Shown here: piece after piece, positions 1 to 8,492 of the stretch | Position numbering within the stretch: the first letter of the stretch is position 1 | Layout: each line of letters begins with the position of its first letter | IMG/VR virus record: IMGVR_UViG_3300011232_000001 | Location: 48,337-68,336 of that record | Length of the DNA stretch: 20,000 bases | Strand: one strand, 5' to 3' | Source of the DNA: an uncultured virus (IMG/VR IMGVR_UViG_3300011232_000001) | Lineage: Duplodnaviria; Heunggongvirae; Uroviricota; Caudoviricetes | The notes under the pieces: model-generated | What the model saw: only the letters and a program-made list of their open reading frames with translations | Database searches by the model: none | What the model was told of the DNA's origin: nothing | Translations under genes and position numbers: made by a program

Positions 1-93
1 TTCCTTTTTCTGTAGCTGATTACCAAGCAACATACCAATTAATGTGCCTAATGAATTAGAGCTACTTCCTCCACCACTCATAGCCTGTCTCAC
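1..93 (-). CDS. 5' part of a probable second internal virion/DNA-ejection protein (runs off the window)
   Basis: GTG at 93 overlaps the TGA of the upstream gene (GTGA) and has GGAGG at 102-106. An in-frame ATG lies at 81. Reads (M)RQAMSGGGSSSNSLGTLIGMLLGNQLQKKE, open to base 1. Confidence 0.7.
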   Translation of the reverse strand, partial: MRQAMSGGGSSSNSLGTLIGMLLGNQLQKKE

Positions 94-1205
94 TTATTAT
101 TCCTCCCTTCTACGGCTAAACCATTAGCAAAGTACATATTTGCCCCCGTTGTCGAGAGATCATATACAGGTACTTTATTGCTTACCATATCAATTTTCAC
201 TACTTCTTTAAACAATGACATATCAACCACGAAGTAACCTGGCTGTAATTTACCAGCAGGAATAGTCCCAAACATTATATAGAAATTTTGAGTATCAGTA
301 GTAGTTAATTCTGTCCCATCATCAAAAGTGATAGTCAAGTAATTATCAGGCGAAATCATTGGTTCCTGAATCCAAGTAACTTCCTCTTCAACACAATTTA
401 ACTCATCGTCAAAGGAAAGAACTTTATCACCTATTTTAACGTCCTCAATATTAATTTCTCCGTCAGGCGTAGCTATTTTTGTACCAGCTACGAAGCAAGC
501 CATAAATGAACCTATGCCACTGGCAAGCCCTCCAAAGAATCCACTGTCTGAAGATGCAAAAGTACCACCATTGATAGTATTACCAATAGCAGATAGCGTT
601 TGGTTACCCTGGCTACCTTGACCACTGGCAAGGCCAAGATACTGCCCAACATTACCAAATGTCGAAGCATTTGCAGAGTTAGCAAGGGACATAGGCTGAA
701 ATGCTGCCGAAAGTTGGCTAGACAGTAATCCCTGTTGAGTCTGTAAATCAGACGAGTAATCTTGTGACATTTGAGTGGTCATATTCTTCTGCATTTGGTC
801 TACAGATTTATTCATTACTGAACTACCAATAACACCTGTGTTTGCCTTACTAGCTAACAGATTACCAAGAGAGTTTGTATACATAGTGTTGTAATAGTTC
901 TTCTTAGCATCCGTGTAATTACTAGGAATTGTACCCTGTGCAAGCGTATTAATCTTGCCTGTATAGTCGGCTAACGCAGTCCTTGCATTACTATATAGTG
1001 TATTGTAATCAGGATTAATAACCTGCCCCATTAGGCTTGTACCTTGTGATACTAGAGCATTTACCCCTGGCTGAATACTTTTAACATAGTTAGACTGTGT
1101 TTTAATTAAATCTTTTTCTTCTTCTGTTAATTCTCTTTGTGATACTGATGTACCACCACCAAACAATTGAAGGTCAAACTTTAGCTTTTTTATTTCTTCC
1201 TTCAC
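90..1205 (-). CDS. Putative DNA-ejection/internal virion protein (371 aa) with N-terminal Prp-type motif and C-terminal Hint domain
   Basis: Start re-assigned to GTG 1205 because GGAGG lies at 1215-1219. The body is rich in Q/S/G/N/A and ends in the Gly-rich hydrophobic segment GFFGGLASGIGSFMA. This is followed by Hint motifs CFVAGTKIATPDG..IEDVKIGDKVLS and VYDLST..MYFANG. Its position after the gp10-like and GNAT-like genes matches podovirus ejection proteins. Confidence 0.8.
   Translation of the reverse strand: MKEEIKKLKFDLQLFGGGTSVSQRELTEEEKDLIKTQSNYVKSIQPGVNALVSQGTSLMGQVINPDYNTLYSNARTALADYTGKINTLAQGTIPSNYTDAKKNYYNTMYTNSLGNLLASKANTGVIGSSVMNKSVDQMQKNMTTQMSQDYSSDLQTQQGLLSSQLSAAFQPMSLANSANASTFGNVGQYLGLASGQGSQGNQTLSAIGNTINGGTFASSDSGFFGGLASGIGSFMACFVAGTKIATPDGEINIEDVKIGDKVLSFDDELNCVEEEVTWIQEPMISPDNYLTITFDDGTELTTTDTQNFYIMFGTIPAGKLQPGYFVVDMSLFKEVVKIDMVSNKVPVYDLSTTGANMYFANGLAVEGRNNK
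93..497 (-). other. Hint (Hedgehog/intein-like) domain, about 135 aa, at the protein C-terminus
   Basis: The block A Cys1 codon is at 495-497 (A|CFVAGT). Block B reads TDTQ (288-299) in place of TxxH. Block F is VYDL. The end is ANGLAVEGRNNK*, without the His-Asn. Confidence 0.88.
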
Positions 1206-1548
1206 CTTTGCTAACCTCCCTCTCCATAAGGTAAACATCTTCACCTGTGACTAAATCTGTAAGTTTTTCTACAATGTGTGAATTTGTCATCCTCATATAT
1301 GCCTTTATATTACGTCTAACGTAACTACGAAACTTGTTGCATCCCAATTCATGAACCTTACTAAACAACCATACGTCCCAGTAGTCATGATCTTGACTTG
1401 CACACTGATCAAGATACATTATATTACCCTCTTTTTTCCAGGTAATAAATCCTTTTTCTTCGTCAAATTCGAGGTTAAAGTAAGGGGGGAGATAAAACTT
1501 CTCCCCACTCTTATCTTCAAACCATTTAACCCATTCATGAAATTTCAT
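1174..1548 (-). CDS. Small protein, possibly GNAT-fold (positional analogue of P22 gp14/T7 gp13)
   Basis: 124 aa with a GGAG SD and an ATGA overlap with the upstream gene. The segment ELGCNKFRSYVRRNIKAYMR resembles degenerate GNAT C-terminal elements. It lies between the gp10-like gene and the ejection genes. Confidence 0.55.
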   Translation of the reverse strand: MKFHEWVKWFEDKSGEKFYLPPYFNLEFDEEKGFITWKKEGNIMYLDQCASQDHDYWDVWLFSKVHELGCNKFRSYVRRNIKAYMRMTNSHIVEKLTDLVTGEDVYLMEREVSKGEGRNKKAKV

Positions 1549-2903
1549 GTTGCTATCTCCACTAATAAATGATTAAATGACATTTTATCCGTTGTTTCAA
1601 ATTGATAAACAAATTCTTTTGACCTGATCTGAAGCAAATAATCTCTGCTTTTCCTGACTCCCCAAAGAAAGGGAATTGACTTACTATTTACCTTAAAAGA
1701 AGCACTACCAGTATCACCTTCAACAGAAATAGATACTTTCTTAGTTAGCATATTATCAACACTAACTATCTTCCTTGAAACAAGTTTAGCTGTAATTTTA
1801 ATACCATCGTCAGTATCATAATCACTAGACCATTCATAAAGCTTATTACCCATTGCTATTAGTATCTCTGTAGGGGATTCTATAACCTCTACAATATTAC
1901 TGGGGAATGTGAATACAGAGAATGCATTCTGACTATAATTGTAAGCCCATAATGTATTCCCACCATTTGGATTAATAATAAGCTGCTTTTTCCTTTTAAT
2001 GTTCCAGGTTTTAGGCATATCACTACCTATACTTTTCATTAGCTCAATATTAATTTTTTCACCCAGTTCATGCTGCGTAAAATTAGCATAGTCCTCAGAG
2101 GTTGACAATGTTCTTAACCCTCTACGGCTAACGTAGACAATATCATTGCCTAACTGTTCAATACCACCGCCTGTGATTATGTCGCTGTGAGAACCAATAT
2201 GGCTTACTTTCCAATCTGGAAACTCACCTTTAAGCTGAAATATCTTGCCATTTGTTTTAAATACTATAATATCACTGGCATAAAAGGTAATACCTACAAT
2301 GTCACCACCGTCTTTATAGCCAATGTCAATATACTTCCCTGAACTATCATCGTTAGGGTCATCTTCCCATATTGTTTCATTACCTACTGCTGAGTAATAA
2401 ACTGTATCTTTATTAACTCCTGCACAAGTCACTACTACTCTGCCAAATCTTTCAAAAACTGCGTCACAGTCTGGAGAAGTCCCAATCGTAGTTAACCCCG
2501 TATTACCATAGGTAAAGGATTGTAATTTACCACCACTTGCAATAAGAAGCTTGCCACCATATTTACAACATACTGGGCATTTATCACCTGACACAGCATT
2601 ACCAAGAACAATAGGGAGAGAACCTTTCACATATTTATATACGTCCTTACTTGTCAAAAAAACAAAATACGTATATGTTTCATAGTCATAAAACACAGAG
2701 TAAATATTTGCAGGGAAAGTAAAAAGAGGGGCTGAAAGCCCCCCTCTTGTCCATAACCTATTCCCTATGTACTCGAAGTTTTGTAGCAATTGTGCCTCGT
2801 TAGGCTCTAATTTTTCTGGTATTTGTGCTACATTCATTCCATTAAGTACATTGCTTATGTCCTCTGGTTTTAATTGCCTATGTTTGCTAGAAACTACAGG
2901 CAA
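1545..2903 (-). CDS. Tail tubular/nozzle (packaged-DNA stabilisation, P22 gp10/T7 gp12-like) beta-propeller protein
   Basis: 452 aa, TTG start with GGAGGTG SD. N-terminal G.N....P..L..NE...L.N....RGG pattern, followed by VYYSAVG...W, DGGDIVGI..IIVFK and IVYVSRRG blade-like motifs typical of this class. Confidence 0.75.
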   Translation of the reverse strand: MPVVSSKHRQLKPEDISNVLNGMNVAQIPEKLEPNEAQLLQNFEYIGNRLWTRGGLSAPLFTFPANIYSVFYDYETYTYFVFLTSKDVYKYVKGSLPIVLGNAVSGDKCPVCCKYGGKLLIASGGKLQSFTYGNTGLTTIGTSPDCDAVFERFGRVVVTCAGVNKDTVYYSAVGNETIWEDDPNDDSSGKYIDIGYKDGGDIVGITFYASDIIVFKTNGKIFQLKGEFPDWKVSHIGSHSDIITGGGIEQLGNDIVYVSRRGLRTLSTSEDYANFTQHELGEKINIELMKSIGSDMPKTWNIKRKKQLIINPNGGNTLWAYNYSQNAFSVFTFPSNIVEVIESPTEILIAMGNKLYEWSSDYDTDDGIKITAKLVSRKIVSVDNMLTKKVSISVEGDTGSASFKVNSKSIPFLWGVRKSRDYLLQIRSKEFVYQFETTDKMSFNHLLVEIAT

Positions 2904-2917
2904 TCATTTTCACCTCC

Positions 2918-5900
2918 TTATGTCACTGTATATACTGGTGCAGGATTACCAGAACGCCCAAAGTGTGTTTGTACTCCTTCAGGGGTTGTGCTAACACCTT
3001 CACAATTACGCAGAATGACAGTCCATGCTCTATCACCTTGTCTAGTTGGAACATTGTTACCAGTGTAAAACCAGAATACATGCCCACCAGTTGTGATGTT
3101 TGTTGTTATATCCTCGAATATAGTCTTATTAGGGAGTGTTACCCTTCCGTCAAATACACATTTATATGTTTTGCCAGCAGAGATAACAAGATCACCAATA
3201 CTATAGGCTGTATTTGCTGTCCAGGCTGGAACTCCACCACTACCTGCAATACCTGCAAAGCTTAAAGTAAGTGACCCATTTTTAAACTCACTTCCGCTTG
3301 TGTCAGCAGGTGAGGTACTACCTGACAAACCACCAAGGGATTTATAAATACGTACTGTACCAGCCGTTTCCCCAATATCGCATAAGTAGATAGTGCCAGA
3401 TGCATACTTAGTAGAAGAGTTACGCCATACGCCATTTGCAGACGTTTGGGTAAGTCTCTTCCATGTAACTGTACCATCAGCAACTTGGTCACTACCATTC
3501 CAGGCAGAGTCAGAAACTGGCCCCCATCCACTACTAGCAGACGTTCCAGCAGTTACACATTGTGATACAAACGTGTTCCCATCATAAACTAAATCACCAA
3601 CAGCGTAAGCTTTAGATTTTACCCACACTTGTGCTTTACCCAGATATTGAATACGTCTTTCTCCATCCATAGTGATAGCATTTATTGTGGTATCTGTTGG
3701 CTGGCTTGCTCCAGTAGATACGGGCTGTGCGATATACACACTGGCACCTGATTTAATTGCGGCACCATCCGCAAACTCAGTATTTGCTACCCAATTTACA
3801 GTAGCACCAGTATATGTACCTGTCCCACTTCCACTAGATACATACTCCCAAATATGGTCACCATCTACGCAATAAGGATTGCCCCTGGTAGGCATTTTCC
3901 CTGTAGTGGTTCCATCATGTTTAGCTAATTGATATATTCTACCGTCAGCCTCACAGAAGGAATTTAACTTATACCACTGTTTAGGTTGCCACCTACACCC
4001 TATAAATTGGATACGGGCTGTCCCGCAATCACTTTCCCCAAACCAGTAAGTATCATAAGGGGGATGCTCAATTAAAGTTCCACCTTTTATAACTAAATAC
4101 AAACGCCCTTCAGCCTCTATCCTTTGTCCGTCTGATACACTCATATTTGCGTACCAATCAGTACACCAGGATGATTTAGTACTCACGTATGTCCACCAAC
4201 ATTCATTAGGTTCATTTACAACATCGTTGACACCTTCAAGGACTGTCCCTGTCGTATGTGTGGGGAAATATCCATCAGAGATACCAGCAGTTTTACATTT
4301 AAACATATACAGAGGATAAAAGTTTGATGGATTAGTTGCAATAACGTCACCCACTGCATAGGAATGCTTAGACTGCCAAATTGCGCTAGGGTAGTACTTT
4401 AATTTCGCAGTTCCTTGTGTAAACTCAGTATCTGTTATTTGTGTGGGTCTAGTTCCACTCCAATCTAAACGACCTGCCTGAGTGCAAATATAGTACCTGC
4501 GGTTATAAAATTGTGTTTTCTTTTCTTCATCTAGAAAACTATCTGCTATTCTTAAAACCTGACCAACGGTAATATCATTGACAGTGCCTTCCCAGTTAAT
4601 GCCACGCCCCATATACTCCCATGTTACAGTACCATCATTAGAAAGGCCGTAAACATGTGAGGGAGCTAATTTACCAGTGGTTGCTCTACGTGAACCTGTG
4701 ACTTTAAAATAGGCATAGTGTGTATTGCTAGGTTGGTCTGAATAGATGTACACATTTTTAACAGTAATTTCAGGAATTTTAAAATGCTTTGTAATTGACG
4801 TTGCGTCAGGCGAAAACTCCATTTTGAATATGTTAAACTCATTATCTGCTGGACTTTTCATATAAACCCTGCAATTATCAATATAGACCATGCCCTCAAA
4901 AACCCTACCATAAGTTAAATTAAATTCCACAATATGTGCAGAAGGATAAGAGTCATTAGCAATTGGATTCCAAAAGAAGTTACAATTAGTGAAGGAAGCT
5001 GCCCCTCGTCCATAACCTATTTGAATAGCATGATTATAAAAGGTGCAATTCTCTGCATACAGATTAGAGAAGTAATCATGAATATCAAGTCTATTCATAT
5101 GGCATCTTTTGAAGTGTACATTTTTAACACTATCCATTGCTGTCGCGCCCCAATAACCCTGCATACGGCAATCTTCGACATAGACTTCAGCACAGTTAGT
5201 TATTCTTAGAATGTACCCAGATGTACCATTAGAACTTCCTTCTTTTTTACCTGCTGCATTAAAACCCTGGATGTTTTCTACTCGTATATTGTAGCAATCC
5301 CATAAGTAAATCATGGAATTTTTAAATGCAGTATTATGATACGTAGTAGCACTTGGTCTAAATACAAAGTTTTTAATGGTGCAATTGTGATATTTAACCC
5401 ATACTGTACTGCAATATTTATTAGCAGAAGTATTTATTTTTACATCACAGCCAACAAAGGTACCATGTCTATTAGGGATATAAGCGAATGAACAACTATA
5501 CTTGGTAAATGTCTGTGAATTTGTATACCCTCCACCTGACAAGTCACTAATTTGACAGTTAATTTCTTCACCGCCAGCATGTGTCCAATCATCACTAAAT
5601 GGAGTAGAACAAATCCCATCTGCATCGTGTACAATTAATTCTCTTCTTGCAACAGTATACAAATACCCTGAGTCATCACGCGCAGTGTATGGGTCTTCCT
5701 CAATCTTTAAAACAGTGTTTGGAGGTAATGAGTCTGAGCTACTTGATGGTTGAGCAATTACAAAATTGTCAGCAGTAAATGTTGCTTTTACATCGTCAGG
5801 CGTTTCAAAGTCATAGATTAATGAATCTGCATTACCCCAACAATAAATACCTCCCCAAGCTGCGTTGGTATCATCAACCAATATTGTTGAACCACTTAAA

Positions 5901-7225
5901 TCAATATCACTACAGAAGTTAATAGGTTCAGCATTCTTTTTGTAAATAGTTCCTTGATGGTTTTCAATCTTGCAATAATACTGGTTAATATTACCTGTGC
6001 TATCCGTACTATAGATTGAGTCTGCATAGCTATGACAAATTTTCATTGCAACACCATCATCGTCTACCCCATTAAGAGGCGCACCAAACATCTTATATGT
6101 AACTCTTTTCTTTTCGTTGATCATTGCATATAGCTGTGGGTCAGATTCTTTGGCTTTATCTACTTTAAGCGCCCATGTTTTGGATTTTGATTCTGTTTCA
6201 GACGCAATATAGTATATCGCCCCTCCATCATCATCTGGTGCAGCATAGCCTAAAGTACGTACTCTATCACCTATGATAAACGTGGTACATGCCAACATTT
6301 CAGCCCTGGAGCTAAATACATATTCCGTAGTTCCCTTAGACACTACGGCGTTATACGGAGTCCAGTACAGGAATTGTGAAGGGTCATGACCAGTGTTTTC
6401 TTGAATGCATTTATATAGCGAACTACTAAACCAAACAAGGTCACCTACTTTGTAATAGGCATTTGCATTGTAATTAATCCCATCTATTTTTTCCCATTTG
6501 TTAGGTGCGCTAACAGGGTCATAAACAATAGGGGGGTTATTTACATTGTCAGGAACTACGGCCTGAATACATCTATAAATAGTGTATTGGTAGGTGCAAA
6601 GATCGCCAATTTCATACTCTTTGAATTGGTTAAAATCTCCTACACCACCGCCACCACCTCCCTCGACTTCCATCCAAGTAACGTCATAATCATTATTGGA
6701 TAGTTTAACTAAAGAATGCCCACCTTCACCACCAGGGGGAATGTAATGGGGGTCACTCCATACGGCATCAAACTCAGTATCAGTTTGTTTAGTAACTACT
6801 TGACCAGTCAATCCACCCTGGGGGAGATTACTTGCTTCAATTAAGTTATCTACCTGTGTCTTATTGTAAACGTTTGTGATTCCTAATTCCTCTATGTTCT
6901 CAGGTTTAGAACCTTCGTAAACACGTCCTGCATAGTCTGTCTTAACTTTGGTGTACTCTCCTGGAACGCCTGTATCTTTTAAGGTCATAGGAATAGTTAA
7001 ATCCTCTGAACCTCTTAGACAAGTTGTCCCTAGAACGTCTTCAGTCCAAGTAAGGTCTGGTGGATTTTCAAACTCTGTAGCTGTATTGGCATTACCTGTA
7101 ATATCCAGATTGACCAATGCCCCTTCGTCTACATCTTCTGGAATTAGTACTGGCGCTCGTACATTACGAATGTCAATCCTTATGTCTTCTGTCTCATTAA
7201 TTACTACTACGTTAAATTCTCTCAT
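2918..7225 (-). CDS. Tailspike/tail fibre (1435 aa) with fibre repeats, CBM5/12-like modules and a pectate-lyase-like beta-helix (putative depolymerase)
   Basis: Fibre motif GEYTKVKTDYAGRV..GITNVYNKTQVD and two PxGG..G..L.K....D..W units. Two Y.IGD/VGD..Y.C modules, then a RTLGY...DGG..Y head motif and the FGA..NGVDDD beta-helix start. About 8 W....Y..GD..Y.C..G...DGT..W repeats lie near the C-terminus. Confidence 0.85.
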   Translation of the reverse strand: MREFNVVVINETEDIRIDIRNVRAPVLIPEDVDEGALVNLDITGNANTATEFENPPDLTWTEDVLGTTCLRGSEDLTIPMTLKDTGVPGEYTKVKTDYAGRVYEGSKPENIEELGITNVYNKTQVDNLIEASNLPQGGLTGQVVTKQTDTEFDAVWSDPHYIPPGGEGGHSLVKLSNNDYDVTWMEVEGGGGGGVGDFNQFKEYEIGDLCTYQYTIYRCIQAVVPDNVNNPPIVYDPVSAPNKWEKIDGINYNANAYYKVGDLVWFSSSLYKCIQENTGHDPSQFLYWTPYNAVVSKGTTEYVFSSRAEMLACTTFIIGDRVRTLGYAAPDDDGGAIYYIASETESKSKTWALKVDKAKESDPQLYAMINEKKRVTYKMFGAPLNGVDDDGVAMKICHSYADSIYSTDSTGNINQYYCKIENHQGTIYKKNAEPINFCSDIDLSGSTILVDDTNAAWGGIYCWGNADSLIYDFETPDDVKATFTADNFVIAQPSSSSDSLPPNTVLKIEEDPYTARDDSGYLYTVARRELIVHDADGICSTPFSDDWTHAGGEEINCQISDLSGGGYTNSQTFTKYSCSFAYIPNRHGTFVGCDVKINTSANKYCSTVWVKYHNCTIKNFVFRPSATTYHNTAFKNSMIYLWDCYNIRVENIQGFNAAGKKEGSSNGTSGYILRITNCAEVYVEDCRMQGYWGATAMDSVKNVHFKRCHMNRLDIHDYFSNLYAENCTFYNHAIQIGYGRGAASFTNCNFFWNPIANDSYPSAHIVEFNLTYGRVFEGMVYIDNCRVYMKSPADNEFNIFKMEFSPDATSITKHFKIPEITVKNVYIYSDQPSNTHYAYFKVTGSRRATTGKLAPSHVYGLSNDGTVTWEYMGRGINWEGTVNDITVGQVLRIADSFLDEEKKTQFYNRRYYICTQAGRLDWSGTRPTQITDTEFTQGTAKLKYYPSAIWQSKHSYAVGDVIATNPSNFYPLYMFKCKTAGISDGYFPTHTTGTVLEGVNDVVNEPNECWWTYVSTKSSWCTDWYANMSVSDGQRIEAEGRLYLVIKGGTLIEHPPYDTYWFGESDCGTARIQFIGCRWQPKQWYKLNSFCEADGRIYQLAKHDGTTTGKMPTRGNPYCVDGDHIWEYVSSGSGTGTYTGATVNWVANTEFADGAAIKSGASVYIAQPVSTGASQPTDTTINAITMDGERRIQYLGKAQVWVKSKAYAVGDLVYDGNTFVSQCVTAGTSASSGWGPVSDSAWNGSDQVADGTVTWKRLTQTSANGVWRNSSTKYASGTIYLCDIGETAGTVRIYKSLGGLSGSTSPADTSGSEFKNGSLTLSFAGIAGSGGVPAWTANTAYSIGDLVISAGKTYKCVFDGRVTLPNKTIFEDITTNITTGGHVFWFYTGNNVPTRQGDRAWTVILRNCEGVSTTPEGVQTHFGRSGNPAPVYTVT

Positions 7226-7584
7226 AACGACACCTCTGGACTCACAGTAACAGTACCATTTAGCAGTCTAATGCTTTCCCCTGAAACCTCGTCATATATG
7301 AATAGATCATAATAGAATACGGATTTATCCTTATATGTCATGCCAGGAGTAGGTATTGCTAGTGTTTGTGTTCTACTTAAAGTTAGTTTCATTTTACCTG
7401 TTGATGTATCTATAGTTACTTCAGGCTCTGCTACTGCTTCTGTATCCGTAGCCCTGTACTTAATCTTACACGCTCCCACGAATCCTGTTAGGTCAACAGG
7501 GTTGCCGTAACTATCTTTAACAAGCAGGTTTAATTCCCAATAATTACCTTTGTCAAATTTAATGTTATATACGCCAGCAGACAA
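7222..7584 (-). CDS. BppU_N-like (Ig-fold) fibre-attachment adaptor
   Basis: 120 aa, TTG start with GGAGGTGG SD. Motifs D..GNPVDLTG...KIK, G...LTL....T and YYDL...G.V.VSPEV. Coupled by ATGA to the tailspike gene. Confidence 0.7.
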   Translation of the reverse strand: MSAGVYNIKFDKGNYWELNLLVKDSYGNPVDLTGFVGACKIKYRATDTEAVAEPEVTIDTSTGKMKLTLSRTQTLAIPTPGMTYKDKSVFYYDLFIYDEVSGESIRLLNGTVTVSPEVSL

Positions 7585-7599
7585 ATATGACCACCTCCT

Positions 7600-8055
7600 T
7601 TATTTAATTAAAGCCCTTAATTCGTCTAATATTACTTTGTCTTGTGAAATATCAAATTCATTTCTGTTTAATGCGTACATTGAGGCAACTTGAATGATTG
7701 CTGAATGGTAAGCATAATTATTAAAAGGAAGTGTATCTGTGGTTGTTGCTATTGTTGATGGTTTAGCGTAATAGCAAAACTCTATAGGTAGCTTCCCATA
7801 GTTTTCTAGGTTATCCCCATTCTCAATTATTGTTGGATTGCCTATAATCTGGTAGAAATCACTGGGTTTAGTAAATGGGGTTATGTTGCTGGTTACTCTC
7901 TTAATGACTTCATTCTTTCCTAGAGAAATGAGGTGTAGCCACAAAACAGCAATTGCATCATTAATGTAATTGATAATTTCAGAGTCTGTGTAACCAAATG
8001 CATCCTGATCTGATATTCTGTCTCTGATCTTTGTTAATGCCTCTGAGACTAACAT
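7600..8055 (-). CDS. Head-tail adaptor/tail ring protein, paralogue 3
   Basis: 151 aa. Motifs IRDRISD...YTDSEIINYINDA, KPSDF and YYAKP......DTLPF are shared with the two upstream genes. Confidence 0.75.
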   Translation of the reverse strand: MLVSEALTKIRDRISDQDAFGYTDSEIINYINDAIAVLWLHLISLGKNEVIKRVTSNITPFTKPSDFYQIIGNPTIIENGDNLENYGKLPIEFCYYAKPSTIATTTDTLPFNNYAYHSAIIQVASMYALNRNEFDISQDKVILDELRALIK

Positions 8056-8480
8056 TATGCTCCACCTCCCCCTAGATTCTTAACTACCTTTTCAGTTAAG
8101 GCTTGATGCTGAGTAAGTTTATTAAATGGTATAGTATCATCTATAGTACTTACACTGTTTTTCAAGGCATAGTAACGTACTAACATTGAATCTGAATACT
8201 CACTATCAAGGTGTTTAAAAGTAGTTGCTGTGTTATCCCATACAGGATAATTGCCCACGAACTTTACGAAATTATCAGGTCTAGGGTATGCCGTAGTCCC
8301 TGACAATGTAAAGCTTTGTATCATATCAGGTTCTTCCTGATCAATTAATTCCATAGATAGCATTTCAATACTGTCATTTACAACGTCTATCAAATCACTG
8401 TCGCTGTATTTGATCTTCTGCATATCTCCTACTTTACGTCTAACACGTATTAAAACATCGTTAACTGTTGCGCTTGCCAT
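8055..8480 (-). CDS. Head-tail adaptor/tail ring protein, paralogue 2
   Basis: 141 aa. Motifs VRRKVGD...KYSDSDLIDVVNDS, RPDNF.K and YYA.......DTIPF. GGAGG SD. Confidence 0.75.
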   Translation of the reverse strand: MASATVNDVLIRVRRKVGDMQKIKYSDSDLIDVVNDSIEMLSMELIDQEEPDMIQSFTLSGTTAYPRPDNFVKFVGNYPVWDNTATTFKHLDSEYSDSMLVRYYALKNSVSTIDDTIPFNKLTQHQALTEKVVKNLGGGGA

Positions 8481-8492
8481 ATCTTCCCTCCT

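Noticed and set aside
93..497. Canonical splicing intein or homing element
   Set aside because: No terminal His-Asn, no C-extein nucleophile and no endonuclease domain. It sits at the protein end.
1206..1244. Longer 384-aa start for the Hint protein from the ORF track
   Set aside because: No SD at 1244. GGAGG at 1215-1219 supports GTG 1205.
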